NCBI GenBank assembly: GCA_051277905.1
Contig: JBNMQI010000002.1
Location: forward strand, 1-59,139
Direction: 5' to 3'
DNA from: Gammaproteobacteria bacterium
GTDB lineage: Bacteria; Pseudomonadota; Gammaproteobacteria; GCA-001735895
Length of the DNA: 59,139 nt
Shown: positions 1-8,212 of the stretch, one piece after another
How the letters are laid out: every line of letters begins with the position of its first letter
How positions within the stretch are numbered: position 1 is the stretch's first letter
Made by a program: the position numbers and the translations under genes
The notes under the pieces: generated by a model
The model's input: only the letters and a program-made list of their open reading frames with translations
What the model was told of the DNA's origin: nothing
Database searches by the model: none

Positions 1-52
1 TCCTGACTCTCGTCTTTTGTAAGACATTCCATATGTGCAAATAACGAAAATT

Positions 53-976
53 TCAAGATAGATTCTCCTTCACGATAGGGCGAACTTCGCCATTATTTTG
101 ATCACCAAAATACAAACCATAATTTCCTAACTTACTCTCTTTATCAAATCGCTCGAGCATAATTCGAACGGCTGAATCAGATACTTTAGATAAGGTGGCT
201 GCGGTCAAAGGTAGGAAGACACCTTTACCGGAATGACTACTGGCAGCCTGACATAGAAAAGATATGTGTTGCTGTTCTTTATCGATTACCTCAAATACCG
301 AGTAAATAAAACCTGGTTTTGCATCAGTATCATTCGACTTAATCAGGTATTCCAAAGTCGCTATGGCACCTGTTTTACCCACTTTTTCAGATGGCAAGTT
401 TAAGCCACCCTGCTTATCTTCTAGAAAGAATACTTCACCCGAGTGCTCTATCAAGGCAGAAACGACAACATTAGTGCCTTGTGATATTAGTTCGGCCTCC
501 ATTGATGGGGTCACGTAAGCGCCATGGGAGTATCCGAGTCCTGGCATTGCATTCGCTTCAAAAGCTTCAACTTTACCAATAAGAATAACGTGATCGCCGG
601 CTTCTACTTGCTTGTAACTGGAACAATCAAACCAAGCAGACACATTCTCGATTATTGGTGAACCATGCGGGCCTTTTCGCCAGTTGACCGTACCGAACCG
701 ATCTTCCACAGGTCGAGCAAAAGTATTTGAAACCTCTTTTTGTTGTTCGCAAAGAACATTAACTGCAAAACGGTCGGCATTGACTAACACATCATAGTTA
801 GCAGAACTATTCGCCATACAAACCAATACCAACGGCGGATCGATCGACACACTAGTAAATGAATTAGCGGTAAAACCAAGCGGTTTGTTATTGGTGTCAT
901 GAGTGGTGACAACGGTTACCCCAGTCATAAAACTACCAAAGGCTTCGCGTAAAGCACGCGGTTCAAATTGACTCAT
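53..976 (-). CDS. Flavin reductase-domain protein with an extra ~145-aa C-terminal domain of unknown function
   Basis: The N-terminal ~160 aa match the flavin reductase-like FMN-binding fold ('LREAFGSFMTGVTVVTT...GFTANSFTSVSIDPPLVLVC'). The C-terminal half has no motif I recognise. The start overlaps the upstream hydrolase stop by 4 nt, which suggests translational coupling. Confidence 0.75.
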   Translation of the reverse strand: MSQFEPRALREAFGSFMTGVTVVTTHDTNNKPLGFTANSFTSVSIDPPLVLVCMANSSANYDVLVNADRFAVNVLCEQQKEVSNTFARPVEDRFGTVNWRKGPHGSPIIENVSAWFDCSSYKQVEAGDHVILIGKVEAFEANAMPGLGYSHGAYVTPSMEAELISQGTNVVVSALIEHSGEVFFLEDKQGGLNLPSEKVGKTGAIATLEYLIKSNDTDAKPGFIYSVFEVIDKEQQHISFLCQAASSHSGKGVFLPLTAATLSKVSDSAVRIMLERFDKESKLGNYGLYFGDQNNGEVRPIVKENLS

Positions 977-1854
977 TTAGATAGGACCTCTACTTCGGGC
1001 TTGTTATTTGATTTGCTTACCAGTGGTGTGGCTAGCCAAGTCTTTAGTATGACATTAACTGCATCAGATGCGGTTAAATTTAACATGTGGCGATGGCCGT
1101 TAATTACTTCGACATGACCGTTAATAGCTGCAGCTGCCATAGCATGGGACATTTCGGGTGTAGAATTTGGGTCACCATCACCCGTTAACGCGAGCATTGG
1201 GCTAGTCACTTCTGACCAACGGGCCGCAAAAGTTCGATCACCTCGGGCAAAGGCCCGATAGGCAGTTGAATAGCCCTCTAGATCAATCTGCATCAAACAG
1301 CTATGGACTAAGTCATAAGCAGCACAATCCGCTTCAGACTCGTCAAACCATCGAGTTAATGGCGTATTAATATCGACCTGACCAAGGTCAATTTCAGCTG
1401 AACGCGCTTCAACCGCAGCGCGGGCCTTTACAGTCCTATTGTGAACTCCATTCATTACAGCCACTCGTCGCGTTAAATTAGGGTGACAAATAGCAAAGCC
1501 ACCAGCAATGAGCGCACCCATCGAATGTCCAGCTAAATTAATTGGACCTGTATCGAGTGCCGTGATTGCAGCAAAAAGCCAATCGATGTAATCGGCTAAC
1601 TCCGCCCCCACCGGTAATGGACTGCTGCCACCATGGCCTGGCATATCGAGAGCGATAACCCGCATTGATTGACTAAAGTAGTCAATCTGAGGTCCCCATA
1701 CCACTGATTGCATACCAACACCGTGGACTAGCACCAGCGTCTCTCTCTTTTTTATATCACCCCGAACTATGTCGCTATGATCAGCTTCTCGATAGGACAA
1801 GGTGCCATAAGGAGTATAGGAGGAATCAGACAGCTGCAGGGTTATCGATGTCAT
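973..1854 (-). CDS. Alpha/beta-fold hydrolase
   Basis: Oxyanion-hole region 'LVLVHGVG' and nucleophile elbow 'GHSMGA'. Size (293 aa) is typical. It overlaps both neighbouring genes, so it lies in the same operon. Confidence 0.8.
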   Translation of the reverse strand: MTSITLQLSDSSYTPYGTLSYREADHSDIVRGDIKKRETLVLVHGVGMQSVVWGPQIDYFSQSMRVIALDMPGHGGSSPLPVGAELADYIDWLFAAITALDTGPINLAGHSMGALIAGGFAICHPNLTRRVAVMNGVHNRTVKARAAVEARSAEIDLGQVDINTPLTRWFDESEADCAAYDLVHSCLMQIDLEGYSTAYRAFARGDRTFAARWSEVTSPMLALTGDGDPNSTPEMSHAMAAAAINGHVEVINGHRHMLNLTASDAVNVILKTWLATPLVSKSNNKPEVEVLSK

Positions 1855-2428
1855 TTCCTAACTCTTTTAAATCTTGGTAACGATCACCAATTCTATGATG
1901 CGGACGTCCACCAAGAGAGGCCCCTAAGCCTATTAAGATTTCATCAGCACCTGGGGCATCGGCCACTGATAATTGAATGGTCAGATAATGAGATCGCCTT
2001 CCACCATCGTTTTTATCCATCAGTGGAATCATTACAGGTGCATTCGCTGGGCCACGAGTATTACAAAATGCGAGATAGGATTTTGCACCAACAGCATCAC
2101 GATAAAAATTACCGAAACGTAACGTATGAATCAACGCAGATGCATGCTCAACTTCACCATTCATTCCGACAATGGCGGTTTTACCATAACCTTCGACCTT
2201 ATCTCCGCCACCAGAAGCTTCTAATATCATTTCGGTTAGCATTGCACCAAGACCTGGAGCACAGTCTTGAATGCCGGGGCGCAAGTCTTCAACGAATCCC
2301 TGACCTGCCCAGGGATTTTTAATTACCGCTAAAGCAGCAATTAGTTTTAATGGCGCTTCCGCTGATTTCCCACCCTCAATAAAGGTGTTTTCAACGTGAA
2401 GTACTGTTTTTCGAATTTCAGCGGGCAT
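1826..2428 (-). CDS. Amino-acid-synthesis family protein (DUF1185 / AA_synth-like), function unknown
   Basis: 200 aa. N-terminus 'IRKTVLHVENTFIEGGK' and overall glycine-rich pattern resemble the DUF1185 family as I remember it. It is the first gene of the three-gene minus-strand operon. Confidence 0.6.
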   Translation of the reverse strand: MPAEIRKTVLHVENTFIEGGKSAEAPLKLIAALAVIKNPWAGQGFVEDLRPGIQDCAPGLGAMLTEMILEASGGGDKVEGYGKTAIVGMNGEVEHASALIHTLRFGNFYRDAVGAKSYLAFCNTRGPANAPVMIPLMDKNDGGRRSHYLTIQLSVADAPGADEILIGLGASLGGRPHHRIGDRYQDLKELGNDIDNPAAV

Positions 2429-2562
2429 CTGTCAGTCCTGATCAATTAGCATTTCAATTGTCTAGCAATCAAACCGTATTATGGTATACCATTACATTTG
2501 TGTCAAAATTGAATTACTGTTTTTTAGAAAAAAAGGATATTATTTTTCATGACCAGAATTAC

Positions 2563-3252
2563 ATGAGCCAATCAGAAACCTCCTACTTAGAAACGGCAAC
2601 CTCCCCCCAAACGCTTCGAGACATTGTGCAGGAACGCCTGCGCGAAGCGATTATCGAAGGTCACTTTAAGCCCGGCGAACGTTTGGTAGAACGACCACTT
2701 TGTGACCAGTTAGGTGTTAGTCGAACAGTCATCAGAGAAACTATTCGTTATTTAGAAGCAGAAGGTTTAGTTGAAATTCTACCCAACAAAGGACCCATCG
2801 TCGCCCCCATGAATTGGGAGCATGCGCAACAAATTTATGATATTCGGCTATTGCTTGAGACTAGCGCAGCAGTAGCTTGTGCCCAAAAATCATCCCCTGA
2901 ATTAGCAAGCAAACTTCATTTGGCTTTAGATGAATTGGCATTCGCATTCACCGACGGCACACCAAAAGCTATATTTAAGGCAACGACCCGCTTTTATAAA
3001 GTAATTTTTGAAGAGGCTGGGCATTTGATAGCCTGGGAAATTGTGCAAAGGCTGAACGGCCGAATCAGCCGGTTACGCGTTATGACCCTATCAACATCAG
3101 ATAGACATGTTTCTGGACATTCTCACATGAAAAATATTTGTGCCGCCATTACAAAAGGCGATGTAAATGCAACGCGAAACGCAATAGAAGATCACTTAAA
3201 TGACGCCTCATCAATTGCCAAACGGTTATTAGCCTCGGCTGAAAACAGCTAA
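2563..3252 (+). CDS. GntR-family (FadR/FCD subfamily) transcriptional regulator
   Basis: Winged-HTH 'GERLVERPLCDQLGVSRTVIRETIRYLEAEGLV' followed by an all-helical FCD-like C-terminal domain. I prefer the ATG at 2563 over the TTG at 2458 that opens the tracked ORF. It is divergent from the DUF1185 operon. Confidence 0.8.
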   Translation: MSQSETSYLETATSPQTLRDIVQERLREAIIEGHFKPGERLVERPLCDQLGVSRTVIRETIRYLEAEGLVEILPNKGPIVAPMNWEHAQQIYDIRLLLETSAAVACAQKSSPELASKLHLALDELAFAFTDGTPKAIFKATTRFYKVIFEEAGHLIAWEIVQRLNGRISRLRVMTLSTSDRHVSGHSHMKNICAAITKGDVNATRNAIEDHLNDASSIAKRLLASAENS

Positions 3253-3538
3253 AGCCTGAAAAAATCTTACGAGAATCAATACTAACTCCGATTAAAATAT
3301 AAGTATCCGCCCCCCTGTTTTAAATGCTATTAAACTAAGAAAATCCTTAGCGTCTTCGGATTAATGCTCTACCAGATAAGTCATTTAATCAATTTACACA
3401 GGGTTCACTTTTGTAGTTATATCTGCTTGAGTGTTATGGCTATTATTAAGCAGTTCTTATGGGTGACTTAAAGAATGCTAAAACGTATCAGGGTTTACTC
3501 TTGTCATTGCGTTTTAACAGAGCAAAGACAGCTTATTA

Positions 3539-4267
3539 TTAATTACGATAAGAGGGATCTTTGCGATCAAGATGACCTTTTAACTGCTCGAAATGTGCAA
3601 AGGCTGCACCGCGGAAATCGTCCCAACTTTGAGCCGTTGCCAAGGCTAATTCATGAGACAGGACATTGAGTTCTTGTCCCGTTGAATATGCCAGAACCAT
3701 AGTTTTGCAAGCTTTTTCCAAGTAGTACAGATCTTCAAAAGCTTCCGATACCGTTTCTCCTGTCACGGTAACACCATGATTGCCCATCATCAGCAACTTT
3801 TTACCCGCAAAGGTATCTAGAATACGCTTGCCTTCTTCGTCACTGGTGGCAATGCCTCCAAAATTGGTGTCATAAGCAATACGTTGATAAAACCGCGCTG
3901 TGTTATTGTCGATCGGTAATATATGGGGATTTTTAAGGGTTGAAAGCGCTGTCGCATAAGTTGAATGCAGATGCAGGATGACCTTTGCTTCCTTCAGCGC
4001 CAAATGCACATTGCCATGGATTCTCCAAGCCGATGTGTCTGGTGCTTGGTCACTATTCATAACACTGTCATCGTCACTGTCGAGTAACTGTAAATTACTC
4101 GCAGTCACATTGGCAAAATGCATCCAGCGCCGATTCATAAGAAACTGTTTGCCATCTGCAGAGACGGCGGCGCTTAAATGGTTGGCAACCGATTCATGCA
4201 TATCCATCTCATGAATTAGACGGAAAGCTGCGGCTAGGTCTATTCGAAGTTCTGTTTCAGATGCCAT
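3539..4267 (-). CDS. Class II aldolase/adducin-family protein
   Basis: 242 aa with His-rich metal-site regions ('ILHLHSTYATA', 'MGNHGVTVTGETVSEAFEDLYYLEKAC') typical of the fuculose-phosphate-aldolase-like fold. It lies 11 nt downstream of the dioxygenase gene on the same strand. Confidence 0.8.
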   Translation of the reverse strand: MASETELRIDLAAAFRLIHEMDMHESVANHLSAAVSADGKQFLMNRRWMHFANVTASNLQLLDSDDDSVMNSDQAPDTSAWRIHGNVHLALKEAKVILHLHSTYATALSTLKNPHILPIDNNTARFYQRIAYDTNFGGIATSDEEGKRILDTFAGKKLLMMGNHGVTVTGETVSEAFEDLYYLEKACKTMVLAYSTGQELNVLSHELALATAQSWDDFRGAAFAHFEQLKGHLDRKDPSYRN

Positions 4268-4278
4268 GGCAGCTATCT

Positions 4279-5445
4279 TCAGCTCGCCTCAGACATCATT
4301 AGATCATCCGGCCGATCCCAATCTGCAGTGAGGTCCTTGACCGGGTGTAGCGCACGTAGCACTCTGTAAGTACTGCGCAATTCGCCACGATCAACATAAC
4401 AACCACGCAGGTGACGGGCGCCACTTCCGTCCAAAAATGAGGCACGGCCATGTGCAATGCGGTGATTATCGAAGACGATACACTCACCTGCGTTAAGACG
4501 AAAAGTTATTAAATAGTTAGGATCTTGTAACATCTGGCCAAACTTACGAAAAGCAGGATAAAATAAATCCATTTCACGCTGGGGAAAATCGAAGACGTCG
4601 GCTAAATGCTGACTGAAGTTGATACCACTAACTTCGCCATTATTAGGATCTAACTCAATAATAGGCTGCTTGGCACGTACATCCTGATGTTTGGTGGTGT
4701 AGCGAAAAGGCACATTGTATTGCGTGAGGATATTGAAATACGCTGGAAACTTTTCTTTCAAGGCGTTAGCAACTGCAGTAGCATCAACAAAAAGACTTTG
4801 GCCGCCCTGTGCGTCATTGATGCGGCAGTGGAGGAACTGAATGCCAGGAGCAAGTTCTTCTGCTGGTAAGTCGGTATGAAGTTCCAGTGCCTTAGCGGTA
4901 TAGGCTAGATTTTCAGGATTAGACTTAGAGAACACATCGAAAGCGTACCCAGAAAAGGACGGACGCACCAAGCCAAACTTTTCACACAAAAACTGCAATG
5001 CCTCTTCAGAATCTGGCATCCCTTTTATCAGAGCAATGCCATCATCTAATATTGCTTCCGCCCAATCGGCAACGCTGCAGGGAGATGTCATTACCTGAGT
5101 ATAGCTAAAGCAAGCCATGTTTTGATAATGATCGCTATGCCAAGATTTACGCGAGCGAACAGCTAAGTCACCGTGATTTTTTCCTTGGTGCCAACGCTGT
5201 AGCCACTCAAGCGCATAGCGGCTTTGGTGTCCATCGGACCATAAAACTTCCAAAAATTCACCTTCTAGATGGGCACTATCAGGGGATAAATCATCTGGTT
5301 CTGCGAGTATATCAAAGGTGCGCTCCTGAGTGCTGCCTTCCCAAGAGGTATTGCAGTTATCCCGCAGCCAAAAGTAATTGAAGTAGACGGCTTCACCTTG
5401 GATATAAAAATCTAGGCCCTTATCCTGTAATTCAATGTTAAGCAC
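4279..5445 (-). CDS. Gamma-butyrobetaine / trimethyllysine dioxygenase-like Fe(II)/2-oxoglutarate dioxygenase (TauD/TfdA superfamily with N-terminal DUF971-like domain)
   Basis: 'FWLRDNC' N-terminal domain, HxD facial-triad 'LELHTDLP', distal His 'FDNHRIAHGR'. Overall colinear with BBOX1-type enzymes from memory. Confidence 0.8.
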   Translation of the reverse strand: MLNIELQDKGLDFYIQGEAVYFNYFWLRDNCNTSWEGSTQERTFDILAEPDDLSPDSAHLEGEFLEVLWSDGHQSRYALEWLQRWHQGKNHGDLAVRSRKSWHSDHYQNMACFSYTQVMTSPCSVADWAEAILDDGIALIKGMPDSEEALQFLCEKFGLVRPSFSGYAFDVFSKSNPENLAYTAKALELHTDLPAEELAPGIQFLHCRINDAQGGQSLFVDATAVANALKEKFPAYFNILTQYNVPFRYTTKHQDVRAKQPIIELDPNNGEVSGINFSQHLADVFDFPQREMDLFYPAFRKFGQMLQDPNYLITFRLNAGECIVFDNHRIAHGRASFLDGSGARHLRGCYVDRGELRSTYRVLRALHPVKDLTADWDRPDDLMMSEAS

Positions 5446-5607
5446 GCTTTTATCTCATCTATATAATATCACCGTGATTATATAAAAAATAAAAGTATGG
5501 TCAATTACAATGTGTTGGGAAGTACGTATTTCATACGCTTTTAACCCAGCACTAGGCCTAAAGACTCCAAGAGTGATTATACTTTGATAAAAATGGTACC
5601 CTGTTAT

Positions 5608-6192
5608 ATGCCAAAAATTGTAAACCATGAAAAAAGACGCTCTACTATTGCACGGGCTGCACTGGTGGTGATTGCAGAACATGGCTTGGAAGCGACTAAA
5701 CTTTTGGATATTGCGAAGCTAGCTGGAATGACGACGGGCGCTATTACGCACTATTTCAGTGACAAAGATGCCGTGCTAATGGCGGCGCTTGAGATGGCTT
5801 ACGACTTGATGTTTAATAATATGGAGCAAGTTGCCTCATCTGAGAATCATAGTTTTTACGATATTGTAGTTCAGGCCTTGCCTATAACTGAACAGAACCA
5901 TACGGCAATGACCGTTTGGATGGCGTTCTGCAGCCGGTCTCTAGTGGTGCCAGAAGTTTCGCGTCACCAGATAGAAACCCATTTTCGTTGGCACAGCAAA
6001 GTTAAATTTGAACTCATACGTCATTATGAGCGTATTGACGTTCCTGTTCCGGATGATTTAGATGATGTCTGTGAGGGGATAACTGCTCAAGTTAACGGGC
6101 TTATCGTTCGCAGCTTAACTGAGGAAGAAGAATGGCCAAAAGCACGACAGCGCAAAATGTTGAAAACCTATTTAACTCAGATAGGCCTCTAA
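5608..6192 (+). CDS. TetR-family transcriptional regulator (BetI-like N-terminus)
   Basis: HTH 'ATKLLDIAKLAGMTTGAITHYFSDKDAVL'. The N-terminus 'MPKIVNHEKRR' resembles BetI-type repressors. Start chosen at ATG 5608; alternatives are ATG 5593 and TTG 5584. It is divergent from the dioxygenase gene. Confidence 0.8.
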   Translation: MPKIVNHEKRRSTIARAALVVIAEHGLEATKLLDIAKLAGMTTGAITHYFSDKDAVLMAALEMAYDLMFNNMEQVASSENHSFYDIVVQALPITEQNHTAMTVWMAFCSRSLVVPEVSRHQIETHFRWHSKVKFELIRHYERIDVPVPDDLDDVCEGITAQVNGLIVRSLTEEEEWPKARQRKMLKTYLTQIGL

Positions 6193-6385
6193 TAAGGTCA
6201 ATCAAGCACCAATAAGTTTGATTCTCAACAGATTCGATACACATGAACGTCAATAGGCTTAAACGACTTTTTAAAAACCAACTTGCTCAAAATGAGCCTA
6301 TTAAGCGTAGTCAAAAAAACAGGCTTACTGGAACAAACAATTTTAATTCAGAGCAATAGCATTAATTCACAATTAATTAAATATA

Positions 6386-6413
6386 AGCTCAGGATTATCA
6401 GAATCCTTGAGCT
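6386..6413 (-). terminator. Hairpin 30 nt downstream of the membrane-anchor gene stop (candidate intrinsic terminator)
   Basis: 11-bp stem with one bulge (aagctcaggatt / aatccttgagct) and a 5-nt loop. On the minus strand it is followed by a T/A-rich tract. Confidence 0.45.
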
Positions 6414-6442
6414 TCATGAACAGGCAAAGTGAATTAACAAAA

Positions 6443-7417
6443 TTAGGATATCATTTGATAATAAAGATTCTGCGGATGCTTAGCTTCAATAAAGAAGTAC
6501 CATCGCTCTGCTAACAGCCCTGCGTATTGAATTAAAAATGCTAAAGCACAAATTACAACCGATGCCTCACTACTGAAAGCCAGCAGTAAAACAGGAACAA
6601 TGAAACCGGCTATCAGAAAGAATCGTCTGGCAAACTGGACTACTGATGGTCCATAGGTATGTATAAATGCACGCGTATTATAACTACCACCCATCGCACC
6701 CTGCGCTATCTGCCTGATATTAGGATGATGAATACCGATTGCAGTTTGCAGCGTGCTAGGACTGCGCAAATTTTTATTGCGTACCAATGACGCATAGCGT
6801 GATACCAACGCTGCAACACTGAGAACGATTGCTGCTTTAGATATATAACCAAAAATTTGTGGATCGAAGTAGGCAGCCATTGCACTTGCCATAACGAAAC
6901 CTGACGCACAACCCATGAGCACAAAATTCAAAACGGTTAGTGGACTATGCCATTCTTGTAAAAATTTCAAACAGGTATAGATCATTGCAGTACAAATAAA
7001 CAGGGCAAAAACTGCGATCATTGCAAAAAATCCAACCACTGCAGCTAAATCTAACTGATTGCCGTTGCCTAAACTAAAGATAACCTGTTGATTGCCTGTC
7101 AATTTCAATACGATATATATGAAAATAAAACCCATGGTTATCGGTAACGCGATTACTTCGCGAGATAACCACGATGTCCGCCACATAGTAGCCGCACGCC
7201 AGGCTCGTTCGGGGTGACCCAGATGGAAAAATGATGCGATCAAACCACCCACCAAAAGAACAAGACTAGTCATGCCAGCCCAACTCGATCCGACTAGCTC
7301 TTGATTCGGTAGGATCATTAGCAGGGAGAGAAGCTCAGCACTGTAATAGGCCAAAAATAGACCCTGAGCCACACCGATTAAAGTCGTGAGTAAAATGACA
7401 GATATTGCAGGTTTCAT
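6443..7417 (-). CDS. NrfD/DmsC-type polytopic membrane anchor subunit of the molybdoenzyme (SoeC-like)
   Basis: 324 aa, about 8 hydrophobic helices. It lies downstream of the FeS subunit and is the last gene of the three-gene operon. Confidence 0.7.
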   Translation of the reverse strand: MKPAISVILLTTLIGVAQGLFLAYYSAELLSLLMILPNQELVGSSWAGMTSLVLLVGGLIASFFHLGHPERAWRAATMWRTSWLSREVIALPITMGFIFIYIVLKLTGNQQVIFSLGNGNQLDLAAVVGFFAMIAVFALFICTAMIYTCLKFLQEWHSPLTVLNFVLMGCASGFVMASAMAAYFDPQIFGYISKAAIVLSVAALVSRYASLVRNKNLRSPSTLQTAIGIHHPNIRQIAQGAMGGSYNTRAFIHTYGPSVVQFARRFFLIAGFIVPVLLLAFSSEASVVICALAFLIQYAGLLAERWYFFIEAKHPQNLYYQMIS

Positions 7418-7477
7418 AGTTTAGTATTCTTCTAAATTTTACTTATTAAAAGTATTAACTTAAGTCGGTAGTCGATA

Positions 7478-8209
7478 TCACCACGAAGTAGAGTCATCAA
7501 GGGTAACGCGAGTCGTTGGCTTACGCTGGCCTCGATCCTCTTTGTCCAGTGGATTAGATGAGCGCATTAAATCTTCTTCATGCACTTTGATTTCCACTTT
7601 ACGACGAGGCAGATAATGGTTGGCAGCTTGTGTGCCCCACTCTGGCATGAGTTGATAGCCATTCGACAAATTGATCGCTATTGAAGCTTCAGACTCTGGG
7701 TCATGAATGTCACCAAAAATTCGGGCACTTGCTGGGCAGGCCAGGACACAGGCCGGTTTACGCAAAGATTTTGGTAGTTCCTCGTCATATATTCGGTCAA
7801 CACATAAGGTACACTTTTTCATTACCTTCTTACTTTCATCGAACTCTCGCGCGCCATAAGGACAAGCCCAAGCACAATATTCACAGCCAATACACTTGTC
7901 ATAATCAACCAGTACGATGCCATCTTCAGGTCGCTTATAACTGGCACCCGTTGGGCACACGGGAACACAAGGTGGCTCTTCACAATGCAAACATGACTTC
8001 GGAAAATGAATGGTTTGAGTTTGAGGGTACACGCCTACTTCGAAGGTTTGAACTCGGTTAAAAAAGTTACCGGTCGGATCAGCACCATAAGGGTTTTTAT
8101 CCGCCATTGGGCCTGCTTCTCCCGATGTGTTCCACTCTTTACAGCTGGTAACGCAAGCGTGACAGCCAACGCAGGTATTTAAATCAATTACTAAGGCCAA
8201 TTGTGTCAT
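7478..8209 (-). CDS. 4Fe-4S dicluster electron-transfer subunit of the molybdoenzyme (DmsB/SoeB-like)
   Basis: Four Cys clusters ('CVGCHACVTSC', 'CLHCEEPPCVPVCP', 'CIGCEYCAWACP', 'CTLCVDR...CVLACP'). No signal peptide. Confidence 0.85.
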   Translation of the reverse strand: MTQLALVIDLNTCVGCHACVTSCKEWNTSGEAGPMADKNPYGADPTGNFFNRVQTFEVGVYPQTQTIHFPKSCLHCEEPPCVPVCPTGASYKRPEDGIVLVDYDKCIGCEYCAWACPYGAREFDESKKVMKKCTLCVDRIYDEELPKSLRKPACVLACPASARIFGDIHDPESEASIAINLSNGYQLMPEWGTQAANHYLPRRKVEIKVHEEDLMRSSNPLDKEDRGQRKPTTRVTLDDSTSW

Positions 8210-8212
8210 TGT

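Noticed and set aside
1777-2322. 181-aa + strand ORF opposite the DUF1185 gene
   Set aside because: It is antisense to a well-supported CDS, its composition is His/Leu/Arg-rich and junk-like, and it has no motif.
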